Source of the DNA: Gammaproteobacteria bacterium
Lineage (GTDB): Bacteria > Pseudomonadota > Gammaproteobacteria > Thiohalobacterales > Thiohalobacteraceae
Direction of reading: 5' to 3'
DNA: 64,000 nt
Assembly: GCA_046260695.1 (NCBI GenBank)
Contig: JBHEOS010000002.1
Span: 13,822 to 77,821 of the forward strand
Shown piece by piece: positions 42,386-51,833 of the stretch; the stretch's first letter is position 1; every line of letters starts with the position of its first letter. The position numbers were made by a program, and so were the translations under genes. The notes under the pieces were generated by a model, which was not told the origin of the DNA, ran no database searches, and saw only the letters and a list, made by a program, of their open reading frames with translations.

Positions 42386-42572
42386 CGTCGCGCCGGGCGC
42401 TCAGGCCGACCAGCCGATCGTCGTCATCGACCTCGGCGTGGAACTCGATCGGGTGACAGCACACCGGACAGTCTTCGATGAAGTCGTGGCTGCCGCCCGA
42501 GGTATCGACGCTGACCGGGAACGTCTCGCCGCAGTACGGGCAGTCGATCATCCTGTCTTCAAGCAGCGCCAT
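42378..42572 (-). CDS. CPXCG motif-containing cysteine-rich (zinc-ribbon) protein
   Basis: 64 aa with CPYCG...CPVCC and an acidic tail. It overlaps rof by 8 nt and hemW by 14 nt. Confidence 0.8.
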   Translation of the reverse strand: MALLEDRMIDCPYCGETFPVSVDTSGGSHDFIEDCPVCCHPIEFHAEVDDDDRLVGLSARRDDE

Positions 42573-43743
42573 CGGGCACGAACTCCACCAGCAGATCGTT
42601 CAGGAAGCGCTGGCCCTGCTCCGTGCAGCGCCAGGGTTCATCGGGCTCCAGCAGACCCCGGTCCCGGGCGCGTTCAAGCGCCGGGCGTAACGGCTCGAAG
42701 GGCAGCCCGGTGGCCTGTTCGAACAGGGTCTGGGGGAAGCCCGCGTTCAGGCGTAAGGCGTTCATCAGGAATTCCAGCACGACCTCATCGGCGTCCGGCT
42801 CGCTGCTGCCGCCGAGGCGCGCCGCGCCGGAGGCGGCGGCCAGATAATCGCGCGGGTTCTTCAGCTTCCAGCAGCGGCGGATGCGTTGCTCGGCGGCATC
42901 GGTCAGCTTCTGATGGGCCCCGGCGCCGATGCCGAGATAGTCCCCGTAGCGCCAGTAATTGAGGTTGTGGCGGCATTCCTGCCCCGCACGCGCATAGGCC
43001 GAGACCTCGTATTGAGTATAGCCACGCGCGGCGATCCGCCCCTGACCTTGCTGCTGCATCGCCCAGAGTGTCGCGTCGTCCGGCAGCGTGGGCGGGTGGC
43101 GGTGGAAATAGGTGTTGGGTTCCAGCGTCAGCTGGTACCAGGACAGGTGCGCGGGCGAAAGGTCCAGGGCGGTGGCGAGATCGGCCAGCGCCTGGCTCGG
43201 GGTCTGGTCGGGCAGGCCGAACATCAGATCGAGATTGAAGCTGGCGAAGCCGGCGTCATGGGCGAGCTCCGCGGCACGGAGCGCCTCCCGGCGGCCATGG
43301 ATGCGGCCGATGCGCGCGAGCAGACCGTCGTCGAAGCTCTGGATGCCAAGCGACAGGCGGTTGATACCGGCGGCGCGGAATTCATTGAACCGGCCCTGCT
43401 CGACCGTGCCGGGGTTGGCCTCCAGGGTGATCTCCATGTCCGGCTTGCAGGTCAGCCGCGCGCGGATGCCGGCGAGCAGGCGGTCGATCGCCTCCGCCGA
43501 GAACAGGCTTGGGGTGCCGCCGCCGATGAACGCGCTGCCGACCACGCGCCCCCAGACCGCCGGCAGTTCCTGGTCGAGATCGGCCAGCAGCGCATCGACG
43601 TAGGCGCGTTCCGGCAGGTCCGCGCGCGCCTCGTGGGAATTGAAATCGCAATAGGGGCATTTGCGCACGCACCAGGGGATGTGCACATATAGCGCGAGCG
43701 GCGGCAGGGCGGTGAAGCGGAAACTGGGCGCCGGCGCGCTCAC
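42559..43743 (-). CDS. hemW: Radical SAM family haem chaperone HemW
   Basis: LYVHIPWCVRKCPYCDFNS radical-SAM motif and a HemN C-terminal domain. GTG 43743 overlaps the rdgB stop (GTGA). Confidence 0.9.
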   Translation of the reverse strand: MSAPAPSFRFTALPPLALYVHIPWCVRKCPYCDFNSHEARADLPERAYVDALLADLDQELPAVWGRVVGSAFIGGGTPSLFSAEAIDRLLAGIRARLTCKPDMEITLEANPGTVEQGRFNEFRAAGINRLSLGIQSFDDGLLARIGRIHGRREALRAAELAHDAGFASFNLDLMFGLPDQTPSQALADLATALDLSPAHLSWYQLTLEPNTYFHRHPPTLPDDATLWAMQQQGQGRIAARGYTQYEVSAYARAGQECRHNLNYWRYGDYLGIGAGAHQKLTDAAEQRIRRCWKLKNPRDYLAAASGAARLGGSSEPDADEVVLEFLMNALRLNAGFPQTLFEQATGLPFEPLRPALERARDRGLLEPDEPWRCTEQGQRFLNDLLVEFVPDGAA

Positions 43744-44327
43744 CCCAGCGCCGCGACCAGCTTGCGCAGGGCCTGGCCGCGGTGGCTGAGCGTGTGCTTG
43801 AGCTCGGGCGCTAGCTCGGCGGCGCTGCACTGATGGGTCGGCACGTAGAACACCGGGTCGTAGCCGAACCCGTTGGCGCCGCGCGGCGCGCTCAGGATGC
43901 GGCCCTCCCAGGTGCCCTGGAAGATCAGCGGTGTCGGGTCCTGGGCGTGGCGCAGGTAGACCATCAGGCACTGGAAGCGCGCGCCGCGCTGTGCCTCAGG
44001 GATGTCTTTGAGCGCGGCGAGCAGTTTCTCCAGATTGGCCCGGTCGTCGGCACCCGCGCCGGCGTAACGGGCCGAATAGATGCCGGGCGCGCCGTCGAGC
44101 GCGTCGACCTCGATCCCGGAATCGTCGGCGATGGCCGGCAGGCCGGTCAGCGCGGCCGCGTGGCGGGCCTTGATCAGCGCGTTCTCGACGAAGCTCAGCC
44201 CGGTCTCCGCCACCTCCGGGACCTGGTAGGCGGACTGCGGTACGACCTCGATCTGGTGGCCGGCCAGCAATTCGTTGAACTCGCGGACCTTGCCGGGGTT
44301 GTTGCTGGCCAGCACCAGGGTGGTCAT
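43740..44327 (-). CDS. rdgB: dITP/XTP pyrophosphatase (Ham1/RdgB)
   Basis: [14 protein letters not shown] and FGYDPVF motifs. ATG 44327 overlaps the rph stop (ATGA). Confidence 0.93.
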   Translation of the reverse strand: MTTLVLASNNPGKVREFNELLAGHQIEVVPQSAYQVPEVAETGLSFVENALIKARHAAALTGLPAIADDSGIEVDALDGAPGIYSARYAGAGADDRANLEKLLAALKDIPEAQRGARFQCLMVYLRHAQDPTPLIFQGTWEGRILSAPRGANGFGYDPVFYVPTHQCSAAELAPELKHTLSHRGQALRKLVAALG

Positions 44328-45058
44328 GGCTGGCCCGTCAGGGCCTGGGCCAGGGCCTGGCTCTGGGCCTGGATCAGGCGGGCGATCCCGCCCCGGGCCA
44401 GATCCAGCATCGCCAGCAGCTCGGCGTGGCAGAACGGATGCCCCTCGGCCGTGCCCTGCACCTCGATGAAGTCGCCGTGCTCGTTCATGACCACATTCAT
44501 GTCGGTCTCCGCGCGGCTGTCTTCGGCATAGTCCAGGTCCAGCACCGGCACGCCCTGGTGGATGCCGACCGAGACCGAGGCGACCTGCGCCCGCAGCGGG
44601 TTGCGGGTCAGCGTGCCCTTGTCCAGCAGGTGGGCCACGGCGTCGGCCAGCGCGACATAGCCGCCGGTGATGCTGGCGGTGCGGGTGCCGCCGTCGGCCT
44701 GGAGCACGTCGCAGTCGAGGGTGATGCCGCGTTCGCCGAGCAGCTTGAGGTCGGTGACCGCGCGCAGCGAGCGGCCGATCAGGCGCTGGATCTCCAGGGT
44801 GCGGCCGCCCTGTTTGCCGCGTGACGCCTCGCGGTCCATGCGCGAGCCGGTCGAGCGCGGCAGCATGCCGTATTCCGCCGTGACCCAGCCCTGGCCCTTG
44901 CCGCGCAGGAAGCCCGGCACACGCTCGTCGACGCTGGCGGTGCACAGCACCCGGGTATCGCCGAACTCCACCAGCACCGAGCCTTCGGCGTGCTTGGTGT
45001 AACGGCGCGTGAAACGGACCTCTCGCAGCTCATCGGCCGCGCGTTGACTGGGGCGCAT
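44324..45058 (-). CDS. rph: Ribonuclease PH
   Basis: Typical RNase PH sequence: MRPS.R...ELR...[25 protein letters not shown] and [14 protein letters not shown]. Confidence 0.96.
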   Translation of the reverse strand: MRPSQRAADELREVRFTRRYTKHAEGSVLVEFGDTRVLCTASVDERVPGFLRGKGQGWVTAEYGMLPRSTGSRMDREASRGKQGGRTLEIQRLIGRSLRAVTDLKLLGERGITLDCDVLQADGGTRTASITGGYVALADAVAHLLDKGTLTRNPLRAQVASVSVGIHQGVPVLDLDYAEDSRAETDMNVVMNEHGDFIEVQGTAEGHPFCHAELLAMLDLARGGIARLIQAQSQALAQALTGQP

Positions 45059-45161
45059 GGGGAATCCCGTGGGTTCTCAGGTGAGGGCGGGATTATAGAG
45101 GAACCGGACGCGGAGATTCAGTATTCCGGGCCCGGGAGCAGCCTGGGCGCAGCCTGACTCG

Positions 45162-46031
45162 CTACGACCCGTCGCGCATCTCGCCGGCGTAGTCCGCCAG
45201 CGCCTGCTGGATATCGGCGATGGCGCGTTCCAGCGGGTCGGCGGGTGTCTGCGGCGCGCCGGTGGGCGTCCCGGCGCGGTCGGCCGGGTCCGTGCCGCCG
45301 GCGTCCCAGCGCAGGGCCACGCCGCTGACATTGTCGCTCCTCGGATACCCGGCGTCCTCGGCCGCAGCGGTCAGGGCGTCGAGGGCGCGGCTGAGATCCG
45401 CGTCCGCCAGGCCGCTGACCAGACGCCGTTCGGATAGCATCGACCACAGGCCGTCGCTGCACAGCAGCAGGACATCGCCCGGCGCCAGATACAGCCGCGG
45501 GCCGAGGGTCACCGGCGGTGGCTGGGCGGTGCCGCCTAGACAGCGGCTGACCTGGTTGCGCAGCGGGTGCAGTTGCGACTGCTGTTCGGTCAGCAGGCCG
45601 GCCTCGACCAGCTCGGCGACCCGGGTGTGATCGCGGGTGCGCAGGCTGACCCGGCCGTCGCGGATCAGATAGGCGCGGCTGTCGCCGACATGCGCCCAGT
45701 GTGCGGCGCCGTCCTGGATCAGGCAGGCGACCGCGGTGGTCATCGGCTGGATCGGCGGGCGCTGGGTCTGGCCTACCCGCAGGATGGTGCGGTGCGCCTC
45801 GCGAAAGGCCTCGCGCAGGAACTGTGCCGGGTCCTCCAGGCCCTGATGGGCGCGGAACTGACGGCCCAGGGTGTCGACGAAGGTCTGGGCCGCGAGATCG
45901 CCGCGGGCGTGGCCGCCCATGCCATCGGCTACCGCCAGCAGCAGGGCGTCATCGCGCTCAACCAGCAGGCAGCGGTCCTGATTGCTGGCGCGGTTGCCCA
46001 GGCGGTTGGCCTGTCCGGCGAGGTAGCGCAT
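45162..46031 (-). CDS. PP2C-family Ser/Thr protein phosphatase
   Basis: NQDR...LLAVADGMGGHARGDLAAQ and a later LLCSDGLW motif. Its start codon (46031) lies 3 nt downstream of the stop of the kinase gene just upstream on the minus strand (kinase CDS ends at 46035). Confidence 0.88.
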   Translation of the reverse strand: MRYLAGQANRLGNRASNQDRCLLVERDDALLLAVADGMGGHARGDLAAQTFVDTLGRQFRAHQGLEDPAQFLREAFREAHRTILRVGQTQRPPIQPMTTAVACLIQDGAAHWAHVGDSRAYLIRDGRVSLRTRDHTRVAELVEAGLLTEQQSQLHPLRNQVSRCLGGTAQPPPVTLGPRLYLAPGDVLLLCSDGLWSMLSERRLVSGLADADLSRALDALTAAAEDAGYPRSDNVSGVALRWDAGGTDPADRAGTPTGAPQTPADPLERAIADIQQALADYAGEMRDGS

Positions 46032-46034
46032 GGT

Positions 46035-47000
46035 TTAGCCCTTGCCCCAGGGCAGGCTGCCGACCAGCCGGTCGAAGGCCGAGACGCCCGCCTCGGGCGG
46101 TTCGGTCGGCGGCGGGGCCTCGGCCAGCAGGGCCGCGCGGAACGCGGCGGCGCTCTGCGGACGCAGCATCGGGTCGACCTCCATGGCCCAGTCGATGGCC
46201 GCCAGCAGGCTGTCGGAATAGCGTTTGCGAAAACTGCTGCGGGCGCTTTTCAGCGTGTCCCGTTCGTGGCGCTGCTTGGCCGCCAGCGGCGGCTTGCCCT
46301 CGATGCAGGCGCGCATGCTGGCGCCGAGGGCATACAGGTCGCTCCAGGGGCCGACATAGCCGTTGGTCTCATACTGTTCGATGGGCGAGAAGCCCGGGCT
46401 GATGACCTGCCCGGGCTGCGACTGGCGGCTCTGCGGGAACCCATGCACCGCGCCGAAGTCGAGCAGCAGCGGCTGGCCGCCCGGCCGGATGTGGATGTTG
46501 CCGGGCTTGATGTCCAGGTGCAGCAGATCGTGGTCGTGGATCAGCGCCAGCCCGTCGAGCAGCGGCGGAAACACGGTGCGCAAAAAGGTCTCGCTGAGAT
46601 TCCCGTGCCGCGCGGTCAGATACGCCTGCAGATTCTTGCCTTCCTGGTATTCCATCACCATGTACACCGTGCCATTGGCGCGGAAAAAGCTCAGCACGTT
46701 GACGATGTTGGGATGTTTCAGGGTGGCCAGCGCGCTGGCCTCCTGGAAGAACAGCATGCGGCCGCGGTTGAACCGGCCGGCCTCCGCGTCGTCCTTGGGC
46801 GCGACGCTGTGATCGGCGCGGCGCTGCGCCAGCCGGTTCGGGATGTATTCCTTGATGACCACGCTCTCCCCGGAGTCGCAGTCGCAGGCCAGATAGACGA
46901 TGCTGAAGCCGCCGCCGCCGAGGGTCTTATCGATGCGGTAGCGATCCAGACGGGTGTCGTTCGGCAGGGAAGGGGGGCGTTCGCTCATCGACTCGCTCAT
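46035..47000 (-). CDS. Hanks-type Ser/Thr protein kinase (soluble, kinase domain only)
   Basis: Glycine loop LGGGGFSIVY, VIKEY lysine, catalytic HLDIKPGNI, DFG and a PIE (APE-like) motif. Start at ATG 47000 (alternative 46988). The ORF-track start 47222 would overlap yicC. Confidence 0.88.
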   Translation of the reverse strand: MSESMSERPPSLPNDTRLDRYRIDKTLGGGGFSIVYLACDCDSGESVVIKEYIPNRLAQRRADHSVAPKDDAEAGRFNRGRMLFFQEASALATLKHPNIVNVLSFFRANGTVYMVMEYQEGKNLQAYLTARHGNLSETFLRTVFPPLLDGLALIHDHDLLHLDIKPGNIHIRPGGQPLLLDFGAVHGFPQSRQSQPGQVISPGFSPIEQYETNGYVGPWSDLYALGASMRACIEGKPPLAAKQRHERDTLKSARSSFRKRYSDSLLAAIDWAMEVDPMLRPQSAAAFRAALLAEAPPPTEPPEAGVSAFDRLVGSLPWGKG

Positions 47001-47135
47001 GACCGGGGTGCGCTCGGCGGGTCGACGCGGTTCCGCCACCCCGCGTGAAGCCGTACCATTAGCCCAGCATCGGCCGCGCCGGCAGGGGCCTTGAGGCCCG
47101 GCGTGCAACATCATTAAAAGGTTTGGGGAACTCAT

Positions 47136-48002
47136 ATGCTTCGCAGCATGACCGCCTTCGCGCGCCGGGAGGACGAGGGCGCCTGGGGCGCGCTGACCTG
47201 GGAACTGCGCTCGGTCAATCACCGCTACCTGGAGGTCAGCCTGCGCCTGCCCGACGAGTTGCGCGGCCTGGAGAGCGCGGTGCGCGAGCGCGCCACCCGT
47301 CGCCTGGGCCGCGGCAAGCTCGATGCGACCCTGCGCTTCAAGCCGGCCCCGCGCCGTGGCGCGACCCTGCGCCTGGACGAACCGCTGCTCGGACAGCTCA
47401 TCGAGGCCTGCGGGCAGATCGCCGCCCGGCTACCCCAGGCCGCGCCGGTCAGTCCCCTGGAGCTGCTGCGCTGGCCGGGGGTGATCCCGGAGGAGGGCGG
47501 TGACCCCGCCCCGCTGGCCGAGGCGGCCCTGGCGCTGTTCGATCAGGCCCTGGACGACCTGGTGGCGACCCGCGAGCGCGAGGGCACGCAGATCGCCGAG
47601 GTCCTGCGCACCCGCCTGGACGCCCTGGCGCCGTTGGTCGCCGAGACCCGCGTCCGCCTGCCGGAGATCCACGCGCGGATCCGTGACAAACTGCGCGCCC
47701 GGGTCGAAGAGCTCTGCGCGAACCCCGAACCCGACCGCCTCGAACAGGAACTCGCGTTCATCGCCCAGAAGCTGGACGTCGACGAGGAGCTCGACCGCCT
47801 GACCGGCCATATCACCGAGACGCGCCGGGTGCTGGGACTCGCCGAGCCGGTCGGCCGCCGCCTGGATTTTCTGATGCAGGAATTCAACCGCGAGGCCAAC
47901 ACCCTCGGCTCCAAATCCGCCGACAGCGAGACCACCCGCAGCGCGGTGGCGCTGAAGGTGTTGATCGAGCAGATGCGCGAACAGGTGCAGAACGTCGAGT
48001 AG
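47136..48002 (+). CDS. yicC: YicC family (stress-induced, endoribonuclease-type) protein
   Basis: MLRSMTAFAR...WELRSVNHRYLE N-terminus and the C-terminal EFNREANT..SK motif. Confidence 0.92.
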   Translation: MLRSMTAFARREDEGAWGALTWELRSVNHRYLEVSLRLPDELRGLESAVRERATRRLGRGKLDATLRFKPAPRRGATLRLDEPLLGQLIEACGQIAARLPQAAPVSPLELLRWPGVIPEEGGDPAPLAEAALALFDQALDDLVATREREGTQIAEVLRTRLDALAPLVAETRVRLPEIHARIRDKLRARVEELCANPEPDRLEQELAFIAQKLDVDEELDRLTGHITETRRVLGLAEPVGRRLDFLMQEFNREANTLGSKSADSETTRSAVALKVLIEQMREQVQNVE

Positions 48003-48064
48003 CGTCCGGCTCGAACGGTTCCGCCTTATTCAAATGACCTGACAGACAAAGGAAACACCCTCGC

Positions 48065-48685
48065 ATGCAAGGCAACCTGTTTATCGTCTCCGCCCCCTCC
48101 GGCGCCGGCAAGACCAGCCTGGTGCGGGCCATGATGGAACGCCTGGGTCAGGTGGCGTTCTCGGTCTCGCACACCACCCGGGCGATGCGGCCGGGGGAAC
48201 AGGACGGGCGCGATTATCACTTTGTCGACGTGCCGGCCTTCGAGACGATGGTCGGCGAGGGCGCGTTCCTGGAACACGCGCGGGTGTTCGACAACTACTA
48301 CGGGACGGCGCGCAGCTCGGTCGAGACGCAGTTGGCGGCGGGTGAGGACGTGTTCCTGGACATCGACTGGCAGGGCGCGCAGCAGATCCGCGCGGCCTGG
48401 CCGGGGGTGGTCAGCATCTTCATCCTGCCGCCGTCGCGGGCGGCGCTGGAGTCGCGGCTGCGCGGGCGCGGCCAGGACGACGCGGCGGTGATCGCCCGGC
48501 GCATGCAGGGGGCGGTCAGCGAGAGTGGGCATTACGACGAATATGACTATGTGATCATCAACGACGATTTCCCCACCGCCCTGGATGAGCTGATCGCCAT
48601 CGTCCGCGCCCAGCGCCTGCGTGCCGCGCAGCAGGCCCTGCGCCACGCCGACCTGCTGGAGCGGCTGTTGGAGCCGGCCGGCTGA
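48065..48685 (+). CDS. gmk: Guanylate kinase
   Basis: P-loop [10 protein letters not shown], and the sequence TTR..R.GE.DG.DYHFV. Confidence 0.96.
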   Translation: MQGNLFIVSAPSGAGKTSLVRAMMERLGQVAFSVSHTTRAMRPGEQDGRDYHFVDVPAFETMVGEGAFLEHARVFDNYYGTARSSVETQLAAGEDVFLDIDWQGAQQIRAAWPGVVSIFILPPSRAALESRLRGRGQDDAAVIARRMQGAVSESGHYDEYDYVIINDDFPTALDELIAIVRAQRLRAAQQALRHADLLERLLEPAG

Positions 48686-48764
48686 GCCCTCGGAGTGCAA
48701 TCCCGGGGCGATTTGGGTAGACTCCCGCTCCCGCACCGTCCCGTAACCCTTGAAGGTCAGACCC

Positions 48765-49118
48765 ATGGCACGTATCACCGTCGAAGATTGTCTGGACAAT
48801 GTCGCCAACCGGTTCGAGCTGGTCCTGGTGGCCGCCAAGCGCGCCCGCCAGCTCGCCAACGGCGCCCCCAGCACGCTGGACTGGGACAATGACAAGCCCA
48901 CCGTGCTGGCCTTGCGCGAGATCGCCGAGGGCCTGATCGGCCCGGATATCCTGAACGTCGTCGATGCGCCGGTCGAGGAGGCCCCGGATGCCGTGGCCCG
49001 CGCCCGCGCCCTGTTCGCCGATGTCGCCGACGGTGAGTTGATCGCCCCCGAGGGCGATGAAACCGAGACCCCTGCGGCCCCTACCGCCGCCCCCGACATC
49101 GACGAAGACGTCGGCTGA
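48765..49118 (+). CDS. rpoZ: DNA-directed RNA polymerase subunit omega
   Basis: [10 protein letters not shown]....[16 protein letters not shown] from ATG 48765. It has an extended acidic C-terminal tail. Confidence 0.93.
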   Translation: MARITVEDCLDNVANRFELVLVAAKRARQLANGAPSTLDWDNDKPTVLALREIAEGLIGPDILNVVDAPVEEAPDAVARARALFADVADGELIAPEGDETETPAAPTAAPDIDEDVG

Positions 49119-49182
49119 TCCGCTCCGCCACGGCGCGCCCGCCGTCGCCCTGCGCGGGTGACGCTGGCGCGCCCTTTGGCCT

Positions 49183-51384
49183 ATGATCCCAACAGCGACA
49201 CGCAGCCTGCGGGCGGGATCCGGAGCCATGGCGACCCTTCCAGAACACCTGATTGATTACAACGGCGCGAACCGCCTGTTGGTCAGTGAGTTGTGCCGTC
49301 AGCTCGAGACCTATCTGGAGCCCGACCAGGTCCGCGAGGTGTACCGCGCCTACCTGTTCAGCGCCGAGGCCCACGAGGGTCAGTCGCGCGTCTCCGGCGA
49401 GCCGTATATCTATCACCCCCTGGCGGTGGCGCAGATCCTCGCGGATATGCGCATGGACTACAAAAGTCTCATCGCCGCCATCCTGCACGATGTCATCGAA
49501 GACACCGGCACGCTCAAGGAACAGGTCGCCCGGATGTTCGGCGACGAGGTCGCCGAGCTGGTCGATGGCGTCAGCAAGCTCACCCAGATCAAGTTCGAAA
49601 GCCAGGCCGAGGCGCAGGCGGAGAACTTCCGCAAGATGATACTGGCGATGGTGCGGGATATCCGCGTGATCCTGATCAAACTGGCCGACCGGCTCCACAA
49701 CATGCGCACCCTGGGGGTGATGAAGCCGGACAAGCGCCGGCGCATCGCCCGCGAAACCCTGGAGATCTACGCGCCGATCGCCAACCGGCTGGGCATGAAC
49801 AACCTGCGCCTGGAACTCGAGGATCTGGGCTTTGCCGCCTACTACCCGATGCGGGCCCGCGTGCTGGCCGAGGCGGTCAAGCATGTGCGCGGCAACCGCA
49901 AGGAGATCCTCAGCAAGATCGAGGCGGCCATCAAACAGCGCCTCGACCAGGCCGGTATCCCCGTCCGGGTGCTCAGCCGCGAGAAGCACCTGCGCAGCCT
50001 GTACCAGAAGATGCGCGCCAAGCGCCTGTCTTTCCACGACGTGCTCGATGTGTATGCGTTCCGGCTCAATGTGGACGACGTCGATACCTGCTACCGGGTG
50101 CTGGGCGTGGTGCACAACCTGTACAAGCCGGTGCCGGGACGCTTCAAAGATTACATCGCCATCCCCAAATCCAACGGCTATCAATCGCTGCATACCGTGC
50201 TGTTCGGCCCCTACGGCGTGCCCATCGAGGTGCAGATCCGCACCCATGAGATGGACCGCGTCGCCGAGTCGGGCATCGCCGCCCACTGGCTCTACAAGAG
50301 CGGCGACGACGGCACCACCCATGCGCGCGCCCGCGAGTGGTTGCGGGCCTTGTTGGAGATGCAAAAGAGCGCGGGCAATTCCCTGGAGTTTCTGGAGAAC
50401 GTCAAGATCGACCTGTTCCCGGACGAGGTCTACGTGTTCACTCCGCGCGGCGAGATTCTGGAACTGCCGCGCGGCGCCACGGCGGTGGATTTCGCCTATG
50501 CCGTGCATACCGATGTCGGCAACACCTGCATCGCCGTGAAGATCGACCGGCGCCTGGCGCCCTTGCGCACGCCCCTGCACAACGGTCAGACGGTGGAGAT
50601 CATCACCGCGCCGGGCGCGCACCCCAATCCGAGCTGGCTGAATTTCGCCGTGACCGGCAAGGCCCGTTCAAACATCCGCAATTACCTGAAGAACCTGCAC
50701 CGCGAAGAGGCCGTGAGCCTCGGTCGCCGCCTGCTCGACAAGGCGCTGCTCAGTCTCAATCTACCCCCAGTCGAGCAGAGCGGCGAGCAGCTCCAGGAAG
50801 TCGCCACCGCCTATGGCCTGAAGACGGTCGATGATCTGTTGGACGACATCGGCCTGGGCAACCGCATGCCGATCCTCACCGCGCGGCGCCTGCAGGGCGA
50901 GACCGGCGCAGACGTGGCTGCGGCGGTCGCCGCCGGCGCCAGCCCGCTGGCGATCCGCGGCACCGAGGGCATGGTGGTGAGCTTCGCCAAGTGCTGCCGG
51001 CCGATCCCCGGCGACCGTATCGTCGGCTTCGTCAGCGCCGGCCGCGGTATCGTCATCCACGCTGAGAACTGCAAGAACATCGCCGAGATCCGCAACCGCC
51101 TGGAGAAATGGGTGGAGGTGGAATGGGAGCGCGAGGTCAAGGGCGAATTCACCGCCGAGCTGCGCGTGGAGGTCGCCAATCAGCGCGGCGTGTTGGCCAC
51201 CGTGGCCGCGGCGATCGCCGACATGGGCTCGAACATCGAGAACGTCGGCATCGAGGAGCGCGATGGTTTGAACACCTCCATCCTCTTCACCGTCACCGTG
51301 CGCGACCGCCAGCACCTGGCCCGGGTGATGCGCCGTATCCGGCATATCCCGCTGGTGCTGCGCATCAGCCGCGCCAAGAGCTGA
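49183..51384 (+). CDS. spoT: Bifunctional (p)ppGpp synthetase/hydrolase
   Basis: HD hydrolase (HPLAVAQIL..., HDVIEDT), RelA/SpoT synthetase, TGS and ACT domains. It sits in the gmk-rpoZ-spoT context. There is an alternative ATG at 49228. Confidence 0.93.
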   Translation: MIPTATRSLRAGSGAMATLPEHLIDYNGANRLLVSELCRQLETYLEPDQVREVYRAYLFSAEAHEGQSRVSGEPYIYHPLAVAQILADMRMDYKSLIAAILHDVIEDTGTLKEQVARMFGDEVAELVDGVSKLTQIKFESQAEAQAENFRKMILAMVRDIRVILIKLADRLHNMRTLGVMKPDKRRRIARETLEIYAPIANRLGMNNLRLELEDLGFAAYYPMRARVLAEAVKHVRGNRKEILSKIEAAIKQRLDQAGIPVRVLSREKHLRSLYQKMRAKRLSFHDVLDVYAFRLNVDDVDTCYRVLGVVHNLYKPVPGRFKDYIAIPKSNGYQSLHTVLFGPYGVPIEVQIRTHEMDRVAESGIAAHWLYKSGDDGTTHARAREWLRALLEMQKSAGNSLEFLENVKIDLFPDEVYVFTPRGEILELPRGATAVDFAYAVHTDVGNTCIAVKIDRRLAPLRTPLHNGQTVEIITAPGAHPNPSWLNFAVTGKARSNIRNYLKNLHREEAVSLGRRLLDKALLSLNLPPVEQSGEQLQEVATAYGLKTVDDLLDDIGLGNRMPILTARRLQGETGADVAAAVAAGASPLAIRGTEGMVVSFAKCCRPIPGDRIVGFVSAGRGIVIHAENCKNIAEIRNRLEKWVEVEWEREVKGEFTAELRVEVANQRGVLATVAAAIADMGSNIENVGIEERDGLNTSILFTVTVRDRQHLARVMRRIRHIPLVLRISRAKS

Positions 51385-51423
51385 GCGAAGACACGATTTT
51401 TCATGCACCTTCAGGAGGCCCCC

Positions 51424-51810
51424 GTGGCTCGTGACATCATCGCCACCGACCAGGCGCCGCAGGCAATCGGGACCTACTCGCAGGCGGTCCGCGCCGGCAA
51501 CACCGTGTACTTGTCCGGCCAGATCCCGCTGGTGCCGGAGACCATGGCGCTGGTGACCGGCGACATGGAGGCGCAGATCCGTCGGGTGTTCGACAACCTG
51601 GCGGCGGTGTGCGCCGCGGCCGGCGGCACGCTGGCCGACATCGTGAAGCTGAACGTGTTCCTGACCGACCTGAGCCACTTCCCGCTGGTCAATCAGGTCA
51701 TGGCGGCGTATTTCCAGGCGCCCTACCCGGCGCGCGCCGCGGTGGGCGTGGCGTCCCTGCCCAAGGGCGCGGCGGTGGAGATGGACGCCGTGATGGTGCT
51801 GGGCGGATAA
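51424..51810 (+). CDS. ridA: RidA/YjgF family reactive-intermediate deaminase
   Basis: [23 protein letters not shown] and ARAAV.V..LPKGA.VE. GTG 51424 is preferred (AGGAGG 5 nt upstream) over ATG 51403. Confidence 0.9.
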   Translation: MARDIIATDQAPQAIGTYSQAVRAGNTVYLSGQIPLVPETMALVTGDMEAQIRRVFDNLAAVCAAAGGTLADIVKLNVFLTDLSHFPLVNQVMAAYFQAPYPARAAVGVASLPKGAAVEMDAVMVLGG

Positions 51811-51833
51811 ACCGCCGCGGCGTGAACGAGACG

